64,000 bases of DNA, taken from the sequence record OR258281.1. One strand, given 5' to 3'. The notes below the pieces were generated by a model that saw nothing but the letters and a program-made list of their open reading frames with translations, had not been told where the DNA came from and made no database searches. This document shows, in pieces, positions 38,759-48,675 of this stretch. Both the position numbers and the translations under genes were made by a program. How positions within the stretch are numbered: the first letter of the stretch is position 1; every line of letters starts with the position of its first letter.

Positions 38759-39204
38759 AAAAACTAGAATTAGTACATGAGTGGTTCACTTTACTTAAAT
38801 GGTATTACGATAATAAGAAACAAGGTCATTTTTATCACAAGGATATTATTATATACAGTGAAGATACTAAGTACTTTATTCGAAGTCATTACACTAAAAG
38901 TTTTTTATTTTTCATACCATCATATGAATTTGCGATGAAATTTGGAACAGATGAAAAAAGATATAGTGTTTTTAGTGGGAGTGGTGGTTCAGCAGTACTT
39001 CAGGAAAACTATGGGATCAACGGTTTAGTACTGAATAAAGAAGATGTTAAGAATGATTATCAATATTTTAACTCATTGATGCTTGGCGATTTTGATAGTG
39101 AGAATTTAAAAATACTTGAAGCTATTAATGAGTACTTTCCTGATTACCCAATAATTATGTCATATGACAACCGATTTGATGAACACCTAATGTATGAAAA
39201 CTAA
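38755..39204 (+). CDS. FNLS-motif family member 14
   Basis: KNDYQYFNSLML. Confidence 0.8.
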   Translation: MKKLELVHEWFTLLKWYYDNKKQGHFYHKDIIIYSEDTKYFIRSHYTKSFLFFIPSYEFAMKFGTDEKRYSVFSGSGGSAVLQENYGINGLVLNKEDVKNDYQYFNSLMLGDFDSENLKILEAINEYFPDYPIIMSYDNRFDEHLMYEN

Positions 39205-39637
39205 AACACTTAAAGATGTATCAGATGCTTTATGGCGTATATATTTCGGAAATGAAAAACTTACTGTATTCGATAAAGCTAAAATCTGCCCACGTAATAT
39301 CACTCTAAGTTCTGGTGTCAACCATCACATTGCAAACTACAAGGGTGATAATATGGTATATATGTTCTTTAATGACGATATATACAAAAGAAGTATGGTG
39401 AACCCTAATATGAGTGAAATTGTAATAGTACATGAAGAGAATATACTTTACAATAAGTACTGTATTAAAACTGATGACGTTTTAAATGACTACCAGTTGT
39501 TTAATACCAGCACATTATTAGACAATGAAAGTACTGAAATTATCAGACATGTTATTGAATTTGAGTTCAGATTTGATAAAATTAAACAATACATATTTGA
39601 TCCGTACTTAGTTAAGGGATATTTAAATGAAAAATAA
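39194..39637 (+). CDS. FNLS-motif family member 15
   Basis: LNDYQLFNTSTLL. Confidence 0.8.
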   Translation: MKTKTLKDVSDALWRIYFGNEKLTVFDKAKICPRNITLSSGVNHHIANYKGDNMVYMFFNDDIYKRSMVNPNMSEIVIVHEENILYNKYCIKTDDVLNDYQLFNTSTLLDNESTEIIRHVIEFEFRFDKIKQYIFDPYLVKGYLNEK

Positions 39638-40133
39638 GCTGATCGATGAACTACAAGAGTTCAAAAGAGTTACAGATATTTTCAATAATACCCTTGGTAA
39701 TATAAGTACTGAGGGTCGTCTACTGTTAACGTATGAAACTCAGGATGAATCATTACTGGCTGTTAGTGTTCGTGATGAACACTCAAGTATTTCATTCAAG
39801 TGGCATTCTATATTAACTTATTTTAAGTTAGATGAAGATTGTAGTAATTTAGATCCTACATTACTTGCTTCAATTGCAGTTAGAAACAATTCTATAGTAC
39901 TAGATAGACATAAATTACATATAAAAGAAAATTCTGATACTTTTTATTTTAATGATCTCAATGACGACCAAGATCTGTTTAATCATCGTATTATGTTGGA
40001 AGAAAATATCTTGATGTGCATTGAATGTGCTTTGTGTGTTAAAATACCAGAAGAATATCAGGTATGCGTTATTGATATGGCAGCTTTTGACAATTACATT
40101 TACCGTAAACTTATAGATTTAACCTATGACTGA
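39627..40133 (+). CDS. FNLS-motif family member 16
   Basis: NDDQDLFNHRIML. Confidence 0.75.
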   Translation: MKNKLIDELQEFKRVTDIFNNTLGNISTEGRLLLTYETQDESLLAVSVRDEHSSISFKWHSILTYFKLDEDCSNLDPTLLASIAVRNNSIVLDRHKLHIKENSDTFYFNDLNDDQDLFNHRIMLEENILMCIECALCVKIPEEYQVCVIDMAAFDNYIYRKLIDLTYD

Positions 40134-40187
40134 TAAGCTTGATAAAATAACAGATAAGTTCAATTTAATTAGAACCGGGAAAATTTT

Positions 40188-40700
40188 ATGAAAAAATTAT
40201 CAAAGAAAATAAAAGGACTTCAGTACCTTATTGATTTTAGTATTGACATAGCTTTGCATGATGGACTGTATTACCATAATCCATCTAAGCAAGGTCGTAA
40301 TGGTGGTGTTTTTGTGAACAAAAATCAGGGGTATCAAAGAGAGCTAACATCCATACAATTTCGAGACAATTCATGTTCTCAATGGCATCCAGTTTTTTCT
40401 CTTAGTGTAAATGAAGGAAGAAAGAATTATGGAATTGTTGTTCTGAACAAAAATCAAGAAATTATAATTAATGATGTCGTTTATCCATTGGGTATGGATA
40501 AAGATGACAAATTTAATTTCACAATTAGTACTGATGTATATTATCTTGAATGGTATGAAGTACTTTCACGTATAAAGCTACCTGACGAAGTACACGGATT
40601 CTGTCTGCATCATAAGATGGACTTCATTGAATGTTTAAACATCGTTAATAAAACTAAGAAGCAATATGTTAAAAAAGAAAACAGCACTGGAAGTACTTGA
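40188..40700 (+). CDS. FNLS-motif family member 17
   Basis: DKDDKFNFTIS. Confidence 0.8.
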   Translation: MKKLSKKIKGLQYLIDFSIDIALHDGLYYHNPSKQGRNGGVFVNKNQGYQRELTSIQFRDNSCSQWHPVFSLSVNEGRKNYGIVVLNKNQEIIINDVVYPLGMDKDDKFNFTISTDVYYLEWYEVLSRIKLPDEVHGFCLHHKMDFIECLNIVNKTKKQYVKKENSTGST

Positions 40701-41073
40701 GTACGTAAAAAGTTATGAAATTGACTACCAATACCATAGACATGATGATTACAAAGAACATAATGGTTCACATGTTTATGGTACTTTTCAAGACCAGTAT
40801 CATAATGAGTTCGCATTCTTCTACTATAATACAGTAATAGTAATGGATTATGACGGGAGTTTTGATATTGAAATGGATTATGGATTAGAAGAATATTATC
40901 TAGGTCAAAGAACTGAACTCAATAAGGACGATTATTTTAATTTCAGTTTAGAGTACAATGTACAGATTCCTTACGAAGTATGTTTAGAAATAATTGAGTA
41001 CTTTAAGAAATTAATCGAATTAGGATTAAGAGTGAATATTAAATACGGAATGATAACTTTATATGAAGAATGA
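40666..41073 (+). CDS. FNLS-motif family member 18
   Basis: NKDDYFNFSLEY. Confidence 0.8.
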   Translation: MLKKKTALEVLEYVKSYEIDYQYHRHDDYKEHNGSHVYGTFQDQYHNEFAFFYYNTVIVMDYDGSFDIEMDYGLEEYYLGQRTELNKDDYFNFSLEYNVQIPYEVCLEIIEYFKKLIELGLRVNIKYGMITLYEE

Positions 41074-41482
41074 TGTTGATTTACTTGGACATGTAGAAAA
41101 ATGTTTCAGTTTTGTAGATGCGTTGAAATTTAACAAAGAACTTAATATGGATAAGTACTACGTTTTAGATTTTGGCAGTTATAACGTATTGCAATATAGA
41201 AATGACACTATCAGAAAAGAGTTTTGTAGATTTAATACAGTAGAACAAATCAGGGTTAGTATCTGGAAAGGTGGATTTAAAATAAATTACAATTCCAGTA
41301 CTAAAAAATTCAGAATCATATTTGGGATGGAATTCGTAACAGCAGACACGTTCAGCAAAGCAATGTCTGAATACTATCTCAATTGTCCAGCATTAATGAT
41401 AGAAAACGATCTGGATCTTAAGAATATTGAGGAAGTACTGTTGACTCCTTCTTACCTCGGATTTATCTTCATATTAAGTTGA
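41063..41482 (+). CDS. Hypothetical protein (no clear family motif)
   Basis: Overlapping ORF in the array. Confidence 0.7.
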   Translation: MKNDVDLLGHVEKCFSFVDALKFNKELNMDKYYVLDFGSYNVLQYRNDTIRKEFCRFNTVEQIRVSIWKGGFKINYNSSTKKFRIIFGMEFVTADTFSKAMSEYYLNCPALMIENDLDLKNIEEVLLTPSYLGFIFILS

Positions 41483-41525
41483 GGTGAAGTACCGAATAAA
41501 AATGTGTAAATACTTATGATACCGG

Positions 41526-41554
41526 TGAAACGGATTTCAAAAGTGTTCTATACT
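41526..41554 (+). promoter_or_regulatory. Class-2 promoter TGAAAC-N12-TGTTCTATACT
   Basis: Exact geometry shared by four sites. Confidence 0.75.
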
Positions 41555-41577
41555 ATAGTAGTAACAAAGGAGTTAAC

Positions 41578-42036
41578 ATGGAAGTTAAAGTGCTAGAAAA
41601 GGAGCAAGGATCTGCTTCAGACGTAATCGACCAGGATGGATTTAAAGTACATGATATAATGTTCAGCTACCGTGACTTAGTACAGTGTCTGATTTTATGT
41701 AGTGCCTCATTAGTTGAAAATATTTCCAGCCCATACGTCAACGCTATTATGGTTACTATTAACCGCAAAGAGAAAAATATTATCTGTGCACCTATGATGT
41801 ACAATCGATACTTTTCCCGTAAACTTAAAAAAACCGACAATGATGTTAAGATCAACACTTATATCAGAGAGAATGCTAACAGTACTGTATTCCTGTTGAG
41901 TACTGGATTTCTAATTGATAACTTTGAAATACGCATGGGACTTCATGATTTTCTAGTTGACGAAGAACAGCCGTTCGTATATATTGACGCAGCAGATATT
42001 GAAAGTTTAACAGTACCAAACCCACTGGTTGTATAA
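41578..42036 (+). CDS. Hypothetical protein
   Basis: AAGGAG RBS downstream of a class-2 promoter. Confidence 0.8.
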   Translation: MEVKVLEKEQGSASDVIDQDGFKVHDIMFSYRDLVQCLILCSASLVENISSPYVNAIMVTINRKEKNIICAPMMYNRYFSRKLKKTDNDVKINTYIRENANSTVFLLSTGFLIDNFEIRMGLHDFLVDEEQPFVYIDAADIESLTVPNPLVV

Positions 42037-42053
42037 TGTAGAGAGGAATCCCA

Positions 42054-42212
42054 ATGTCCAAGAAGAAAAAACCAAAAGTACAGAACTTCGTTCATAAGCA
42101 CATGGAAGAATTTAACCGAGCACAGACGCACGAAGATCAGAAGAAAGCACAGAAGAAAGGTAAAGTTAAACATAAAGGACGTGATTGGGACACGTCCTTT
42201 CTTTTTGGGTAA
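42054..42212 (+). pseudogene. Small basic protein apparently split by a -1 frameshift in an A-run (sequencing error or slippage)
   Basis: ATG at 42054 with a GAGAGG RBS; the -1 frame gives NFVHKHMEEFNRAQTHEDQKKAQKKGKVKHKGRDW, like small basic phage proteins. Confidence 0.4.
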
Positions 42213-42217
42213 AAATC

Positions 42218-43015
42218 ATGGACTTCAAAAAGTACACACTGCATGAGCACATAGAGTACGCGAAAGATTCATATTATATGGATCATCCAATTGATATTGC
42301 ATGTACTATTCCTAAAGAAAATTATATTCAAACCAGAACCGGAAATACTACAGTTGACGATATTAGAGTTAATGGCTTAATAACCTTAAGAAACAGCGTT
42401 CAAGCTATAAGTGTTGGCAAGTACACTATAAGTATATGTGGTGCTTTATGGTATCAAAGTAAGCATGATACTGAGATTATTAGACTACCAAATGTTCATT
42501 TTACTACTTCTAACAATAGAATAACTAATAAGTACTACAGCTTAGGATCAGTGAAAATTCATTATAACGTAACTGATTCGAAAACTATAGCAATTCATAT
42601 GTCAGACAAGTACCATTACAAGATTACACAACAGCCTAGCAAAACAAAAAAAGATTACAGTATTAACGGTATTAATATGTGGGAAGAAGCTACCAGTACT
42701 GGAAAGATTGTGAAAAGTTTTATTTCTAAAGGTACATTTAAAGTACGAATGGAAAAAAAGGTTTCTCAAACTGAAGGCATTGCATATGTGAAATTGGGTA
42801 ATACCACTGTTAATTTCATATTCGAAGGTGAACCATCATTTATTCGATTGCTCAGTAATAAGTTTGTATTTAATTTGCTTATTGATACTGAATTGGGTTC
42901 CATAATAAAGGAAGCCCGTACTATTGTTACAGAAGCAATTACAGAATTATGCAAAGTACATCCTACTAAACAGAACGCAGAAAAACTTATTGAGTACTAT
43001 ACTAATGGACATTAA
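42218..43015 (+). CDS. Hypothetical protein, beta-rich
   Basis: 265-aa ORF; start corrected. Confidence 0.75.
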   Translation: MDFKKYTLHEHIEYAKDSYYMDHPIDIACTIPKENYIQTRTGNTTVDDIRVNGLITLRNSVQAISVGKYTISICGALWYQSKHDTEIIRLPNVHFTTSNNRITNKYYSLGSVKIHYNVTDSKTIAIHMSDKYHYKITQQPSKTKKDYSINGINMWEEATSTGKIVKSFISKGTFKVRMEKKVSQTEGIAYVKLGNTTVNFIFEGEPSFIRLLSNKFVFNLLIDTELGSIIKEARTIVTEAITELCKVHPTKQNAEKLIEYYTNGH

Positions 43016-43409
43016 TCAACGAATTATTAATGTGTTCGATGACATTAATACTTTCAGATATTCAGAATCAAAAGATTATAAATTCGAACGTGGATTAGCT
43101 AAATGCAGGTCAGACAACATAATGTTATATAAAGACCTATTTCCTAATCTCTATGATTTTTATGCAGTCTTTCTTAAAAGAAATTATCATTTCACACTTT
43201 ATCACACTAATGATAGTACATATTATATATACGATCATAAATTAGTACTGGATATTAATGAAGAATATCAAATACCTATTACTAATAAAGACATTTATTT
43301 TAATACATCCCTTTCACACGATCTTCTTCCGTTTGAACTTATTACGGAGATAGAACATAAAGCAATAAAATTGCGTGGCAATTTGTCAATTTATACGAGT
43401 GCAATGTAA
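43005..43409 (+). CDS. FNLS-motif family member 19
   Basis: TNKDIYFNTSLSH. Confidence 0.8.
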   Translation: MDINQRIINVFDDINTFRYSESKDYKFERGLAKCRSDNIMLYKDLFPNLYDFYAVFLKRNYHFTLYHTNDSTYYIYDHKLVLDINEEYQIPITNKDIYFNTSLSHDLLPFELITEIEHKAIKLRGNLSIYTSAM

Positions 43410-43828
43410 TGGATGAGAAAATATTAAACTTCACAGATAAATTTTGCAAAGAAACAATTGTAAAAGGTAAAACCGGGTTTATTGATACTGAAATTTTTGT
43501 TACTAAAAAGAACGGCGGTGCTCATAGAATTTATAAGGATGACAAGAATCCTACTTCATTAAACTATTACGCAAGATATTGCGGCAGTCACGTTGCTCAT
43601 ATTTTAATTATAATTCCAGAAGTAAAATTCTTTATTACTAGTAATGAAATACGATTAATGACACCTAGTACTGTACTATATGTAGTAGTTGAAGACGAAT
43701 CTGCTCTGTTTAATTACTCACTGAACGATAATCTTGTACTATCCTTCAGTACCCTAAAAACATTACAGAAGAATTTAGAACTATTTAAAGATGAATATAG
43801 TCTAAAAATTTACGGTGATGAATTATGA
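43409..43828 (+). CDS. FNLS-motif family member 20
   Basis: EDESALFNYSLN. Confidence 0.8.
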   Translation: MDEKILNFTDKFCKETIVKGKTGFIDTEIFVTKKNGGAHRIYKDDKNPTSLNYYARYCGSHVAHILIIIPEVKFFITSNEIRLMTPSTVLYVVVEDESALFNYSLNDNLVLSFSTLKTLQKNLELFKDEYSLKIYGDEL

Positions 43829-44253
43829 AAAAAGAAAAATTCTTCAAGCTGATTGAAGTACTAAAGACCTTTAATGAACATGCACCTGACATTCCACATA
43901 ATGTGGTGCATAAAATGAGCCATTGGTACTATAAAAAGACCGGCTATATTTTTACATTATATAACGAACGGTCGTGTACTAAAGCGGTTGCTGGCGTATC
44001 GTATGAGCGTAAAAATAATAACAATATCATTTTTAACTCTGAGTATGCTTTAAAGTTTCATGAAGAGTATGTTGTTCTCTCAACAGTAGAAGATGTTACC
44101 ATTTACGATAAGAATATCAAAGTAAGTAAAGCTGACTATTTCAATTTAACTTTATTACATAATATTCCCTTCAGCTACGAAGATATAGAAAATATTTTTG
44201 AAGTTTTAAAAAGTACTGGACCAGAATTTTTTATTTCATTGGAAAAACTATGA
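43825..44253 (+). CDS. FNLS-motif family member 21
   Basis: SKADYFNLTLLH. Confidence 0.8.
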   Translation: MKKEKFFKLIEVLKTFNEHAPDIPHNVVHKMSHWYYKKTGYIFTLYNERSCTKAVAGVSYERKNNNNIIFNSEYALKFHEEYVVLSTVEDVTIYDKNIKVSKADYFNLTLLHNIPFSYEDIENIFEVLKSTGPEFFISLEKL

Positions 44254-44720
44254 CAAAGAAGGAAGAACTACTAAAGGTACTAAATGATTTAGAGATGTTG
44301 TATCATTCATTTTATGATCTTACAAAAGAATATACTAAAATTGTTTATAGTTATTTTAATATAGAAGCAAATGAAGATACCATAAACATTCGTTCAAATA
44401 AAAATGATATAATGTTTGCAAGAATATATCGTAAAAATGATAGACCATTTTATTATAATTGCAGTGCTTTGTACATAGAAGGAATTGCTGATAATTTGTT
44501 CTTTTATGAAGGAAATTTATATCTTTCTAATGGAAGTAATGAAGAACTGGAACTTCTTTTTAAGTTAGTACCAGAAAATAAAGATTTATTATTCCCTTTA
44601 AGTACTAGAATTGAAATTGCTTTAACTTATGAAGAACTACTGAAAATTGGTTCTTTTATGGGAAATAAAGATATTGTAATAGATTTATATGATTTACCTA
44701 GTATTGTAGAACATTACTAG
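44250..44720 (+). CDS. FNLS-motif family member 22
   Basis: NKDLLFPLSTRIEIALTYEEL. Confidence 0.75.
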   Translation: MTKKEELLKVLNDLEMLYHSFYDLTKEYTKIVYSYFNIEANEDTINIRSNKNDIMFARIYRKNDRPFYYNCSALYIEGIADNLFFYEGNLYLSNGSNEELELLFKLVPENKDLLFPLSTRIEIALTYEELLKIGSFMGNKDIVIDLYDLPSIVEHY

Positions 44721-44752
44721 TATTATTTTAATTAACATGGAGAACTAAAAAA

Positions 44753-45076
44753 ATGGATTATATTCTGTATTTTAAAAATGACGAACCTAAGATTATCTGG
44801 TTCGACCGAAAACGTGCACCATATGCTGCTGAAGAACGTACAGTAGATGGACATACATTCTGGCTAAGTTCATGTACATATCGTGCAGCACTGAATAGTA
44901 TTATCCAGCGTAGTACTATTGAACGTGACCCGGAAAAACTTAGAAAGTACGAAGCAGTACTAATGGATATTATTGATCCAAAGCGTGGAGACGGATTTAC
45001 TATTCTGATGGAGACATTTGATAAATGGCATGAGCTATTGAATATCAATTGCGAGATCCCCGAGGAATATCAGTAA
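44753..45076 (+). CDS. Hypothetical protein
   Basis: GGAG RBS. Confidence 0.75.
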   Translation: MDYILYFKNDEPKIIWFDRKRAPYAAEERTVDGHTFWLSSCTYRAALNSIIQRSTIERDPEKLRKYEAVLMDIIDPKRGDGFTILMETFDKWHELLNINCEIPEEYQ

Positions 45077-45083
45077 AAAAGCA

Positions 45084-45112
45084 TGAAACGATTAGGAGAG
45101 GTGTTCTATACT
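45084..45112 (+). promoter_or_regulatory. Class-2 promoter TGAAAC-N12-TGTTCTATACT
   Basis: Exact geometry shared by four sites. Confidence 0.75.
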
Positions 45113-45145
45113 ACTAATGTTACCAACCTAACAGGATTCTAAAAA

Positions 45146-45547
45146 ATGAAAGAGATCGGCAAAATTCTACAGACCATCGGCGGCGTTATTCTTGTACAGA
45201 CTGCAAACGAGTCCCGCCTGTACTGCATTGAAGATCTGGAACACGTTAATGAACTGACCATCGGGCAGCTATTCAATGCAGCACGTATGTATAACAGCAA
45301 GTCTAAAGAGGAATATGGCAACCTTTGGCCTCACCTGTGTATTCAGGAAGGGGAACGTAAAGGCGAGCGTTCACAGCAGTTTGAAACGATTTCTGGCGTA
45401 CTCAAGAAGTGCAGCAACGACTTAGAACGTTTACAGTTGGTATTCGCACAACTGCAAGAAGAATTCCCTGAAATTCTCACTAAAGAGAAGACTCAGAATC
45501 AGCTTGATGTGTACAAGGAAGCAATTGGATTTCTTTCTAGAACATAA
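45146..45547 (+). CDS. Hypothetical protein
   Basis: Downstream of a class-2 promoter. Confidence 0.8.
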   Translation: MKEIGKILQTIGGVILVQTANESRLYCIEDLEHVNELTIGQLFNAARMYNSKSKEEYGNLWPHLCIQEGERKGERSQQFETISGVLKKCSNDLERLQLVFAQLQEEFPEILTKEKTQNQLDVYKEAIGFLSRT

Positions 45548-45571
45548 CTAAAGATAAAGGAACTATATTAT

Positions 45572-45943
45572 ATGTCAAAGGATAATGACAAAATTGATCT
45601 GTTCGCAGAGATAAACGAAATCTACAAAAAGCGTGTACAGGATAAAGAAGTAACTCTGCCTGCTCCAGAAAATGCTTTCATTTTTGAAGATGATGAAGTA
45701 CCAGAGCAGGAAGAAGATGTACAACGTACAGTAACGGTTATTGCAGAATCCAAAAGAAAAATGAATTCCAATACTCCGGTACGATCTCAGGAAGAGTACG
45801 AAGAACATATTCTTAGTACTCATTTTGAGACTATGACTAAAGAAGACGGCAGTACTTACGAAGTTAAGGTTACTGTACTAAAACCAGGTATCAATCCTCT
45901 TGAGAATATGAAACCTGCTTATTGTTACGCGACAAGTTCATAA
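45572..45943 (+). CDS. Hypothetical acidic protein
   Basis: AAGGA RBS; terminator at about 45947-45972. Confidence 0.8.
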   Translation: MSKDNDKIDLFAEINEIYKKRVQDKEVTLPAPENAFIFEDDEVPEQEEDVQRTVTVIAESKRKMNSNTPVRSQEEYEEHILSTHFETMTKEDGSTYEVKVTVLKPGINPLENMKPAYCYATSS

Positions 45944-45987
45944 TTCAAAAGGGAGCCTTATGCTCCCTTTTTCTGTTTAAGGACCAA

Positions 45988-46761
45988 ATGAAAAGCTTAT
46001 CTCAAATCAAAAAAGAAGCCAATGAAATCAAGTCTTCTTTCTATAATAAATGTAATGAAATCCATCCTAAACTTTTAAGTACGCTTGTTTATGAAGATAT
46101 TAGTGACCATACTCTATACAATGATGATCTTCTGGATAGATTCAAAGAAATACTAAAGGAAGTAAACATTGCTAATTCTAACATCTGGTATGAAGTAAAA
46201 GATTACTTTTTAGATGTAGTACTGGACTACTATGAGCACGGCATTGATATTGGTTATCATGAAAATGGCGAAGAGTTTCTTACCAGATTTGGAGAAATAC
46301 TGATTGATTTCAATGTGTACAGTCCTTCGTTTCAGCTTGAGCCATTATATAAGGCGGTAATAGGATATCGTAATTATATTGAACTAGTTCCTTTCTGGAA
46401 AAAGTCAATTGATATGTATCTTCCTGAACGTGGTTTTTATACTAAAGCATTATCTAAGAATTCACCACAAGAATATATTAATGGTATGAAATTAGCATCT
46501 GAAACTGACAAGTTAAGTACTAATGAAATATTTCTACTATGTGTTAAAGCTGATATACAAAGTCCGTATGACATGCATATTAGTGTGCGTGATCCAAAAA
46601 ATCAAGATCTTAAAAAGTATCAAGAAAGTTATATCAACACCGTTGTTATGCATAAAGCACTTGAAGAACTTCTTAAACTTGAACCAAACAAATCATACAT
46701 AATGGATGATATTTGTAGAGAAGATAATGAATTGAAGATTTTTATTAGGGGAGACTTCTAA
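45988..46761 (+). CDS. Hypothetical protein
   Basis: Start corrected to the ATG after the terminator and AAGGA. Confidence 0.8.
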   Translation: MKSLSQIKKEANEIKSSFYNKCNEIHPKLLSTLVYEDISDHTLYNDDLLDRFKEILKEVNIANSNIWYEVKDYFLDVVLDYYEHGIDIGYHENGEEFLTRFGEILIDFNVYSPSFQLEPLYKAVIGYRNYIELVPFWKKSIDMYLPERGFYTKALSKNSPQEYINGMKLASETDKLSTNEIFLLCVKADIQSPYDMHISVRDPKNQDLKKYQESYINTVVMHKALEELLKLEPNKSYIMDDICREDNELKIFIRGDF

Positions 46762-47531
46762 TGCTTTTTACGTGTATGTACGGTGCAACTGATTTAAAAA
46801 CTTCTCCATTAACTGTGATGGCTAATAACAATACTATATCTAACTATTTTGCCAATCATGGGAAGTTTGAACTTGAAAAACAATTCAGTTCTTGGGGTAA
46901 AGGAAAATGTGAACATTTTTCAGATAGCAGTAATTTCTTAGTTGATATTCCTAATAAGCTAATTTTTAATATTATGATGGAGGAAAATGTTCCTAAGATC
47001 CCTACTATATATGTTGACTACTTTAGAAAAAAACTTTACGTGTGTAATAAGGTTGCGGATATTTTTGAAAAACATAATGGTGCATGGGCTAGAGTTCATC
47101 ATAATAAAGAAAAATTCTTTGAATGGGACACCGACGAAGAAGTACAAGAACAACATTTTTTGTATGAAGTACCAGATGAAGATTATGATGACATTTATAA
47201 AGTACTGGAGCCATACATCACTTATGATTTTGAAAGAAAAATCAATAAAGTAATTAATTCGTTTCCAGAAATACGTGGTTATAAAAATTATGTTATCTCA
47301 GGTTTAGTTTCATCGTTGCAAGACATTGAGACACAAAAAGAGTTCAGAATTAATACTGATATTGAATTTTGGAAATTCTTAGTATTTGATCTATTCAATA
47401 TGAATTTCATTTCAGATTATGAAAAACGTTTTCCAAGAAAAATTGATATTCTCCGTACTCACATGGGACGTTTTCATTCACATTACTTAGAAACAGGCAA
47501 TAACGATTATGACCCGACAATTGAAAAATAA
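46761..47531 (+). CDS. Hypothetical protein
   Basis: 256-aa ORF with TAATG coupling. Confidence 0.8.
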   Translation: MLFTCMYGATDLKTSPLTVMANNNTISNYFANHGKFELEKQFSSWGKGKCEHFSDSSNFLVDIPNKLIFNIMMEENVPKIPTIYVDYFRKKLYVCNKVADIFEKHNGAWARVHHNKEKFFEWDTDEEVQEQHFLYEVPDEDYDDIYKVLEPYITYDFERKINKVINSFPEIRGYKNYVISGLVSSLQDIETQKEFRINTDIEFWKFLVFDLFNMNFISDYEKRFPRKIDILRTHMGRFHSHYLETGNNDYDPTIEK

Positions 47532-48588
47532 AAGCAATACTCACATTGAGCATCTGGATGATACGGTACTTTACAATCCTGATATTACCATCAAGCACCT
47601 GAATAAAGTACAACAAGGTACTGAAACAAGTACTCTTAAATGGGATGGTGCACCAAGTATTGTACTAGGTAAATTTGACCATATTGCAATGGTTGGTACA
47701 AAATCTTTCTTCAGTAAAAATGAAACTAACTATGTAAGTACTGAAGAAATTATTGCTGCCGGTCTGTCATCTGAACTTTCATATATCCTCATCGTTGCCC
47801 TTGAATACGCTAAGGACCATATAAATGAAGGTCAGTTGATTCAGGGTGATGTAATGTTTTGTACTGATGATAAGAAGGTTCAAAATGATAAAATCCAGTT
47901 CGGTTTAAATCTTATTAAGTACGCAGTTCCTAAAGAATTGCCTGAATATGAACTTATCAAAAATGCGAAGATTGGTATTGCATTCCACACTGAATATGAT
48001 GCAGATTATAATGCATCACCAATCAAAGAGTTGCCTGAAAGTTCTGAAGTTCTATACGTATTTGATCAGTACCAGTGTACTCTTCAGGATGCAGAAAACC
48101 AGAGCTTTCATGATAATTCAACATATTGCTCTATGCTGATAGACTATGCTCATAAGATTAAGCAATTTCAGGGTACTACATTGCACAATCTGACTGAGTA
48201 TCATGAATTATACCGTAAGTACAAAACGATGCGGCTGCGTTATTTTGATATGGTATGTAGTGCTGACCATGAAGATTTTGAAAAATTCTGTTTTGGAGAA
48301 CTGTCAGAAAAGTTATTCAATCCAGAATATAAATATCTCGCTAGACAGAATGCACTTCAGCATATGTTGGAATTTAACAAAGTACTAAAAGATACTTCTA
48401 AGTACTTTATGTTACTTAGTGCATTTACATTTACTTCACAGCAACTAGTAATACATAACTTAGAAAGTACTAAAGAACATAATATTAGTGCAGAACATGA
48501 AGGATTAGTAGTTAGTACTGATGAATACATTATTAAGTACGTTGATAAGAAGAACTTTACGAAGTTAAACAATAGTAAACGTACTTAA
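47509..48588 (+). CDS. Ligase-like covalent nucleotidyltransferase-superfamily protein (HxEH...KWDG type)
   Basis: THIEHLDD; motif I TLKWDGAPS; GTKSFF; QGDVMF; motif IV EHEGLVV; motif V IIKYVD. Confidence 0.65.
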   Translation: MTRQLKNKSNTHIEHLDDTVLYNPDITIKHLNKVQQGTETSTLKWDGAPSIVLGKFDHIAMVGTKSFFSKNETNYVSTEEIIAAGLSSELSYILIVALEYAKDHINEGQLIQGDVMFCTDDKKVQNDKIQFGLNLIKYAVPKELPEYELIKNAKIGIAFHTEYDADYNASPIKELPESSEVLYVFDQYQCTLQDAENQSFHDNSTYCSMLIDYAHKIKQFQGTTLHNLTEYHELYRKYKTMRLRYFDMVCSADHEDFEKFCFGELSEKLFNPEYKYLARQNALQHMLEFNKVLKDTSKYFMLLSAFTFTSQQLVIHNLESTKEHNISAEHEGLVVSTDEYIIKYVDKKNFTKLNNSKRT

Positions 48589-48603
48589 CAGAACATTTTT
48601 TTC

Positions 48604-48632
48604 TGAAACTTATTGGAAATGTGTTCTATACT
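48604..48632 (+). promoter_or_regulatory. Class-2 promoter TGAAAC-N12-TGTTCTATACT
   Basis: Immediately upstream of ncRNA copy 2. Confidence 0.75.
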
Positions 48633-48675
48633 ATAGGGAGAAAGATATTTTCTCTCTTTTAATTTAGACAAAAAC

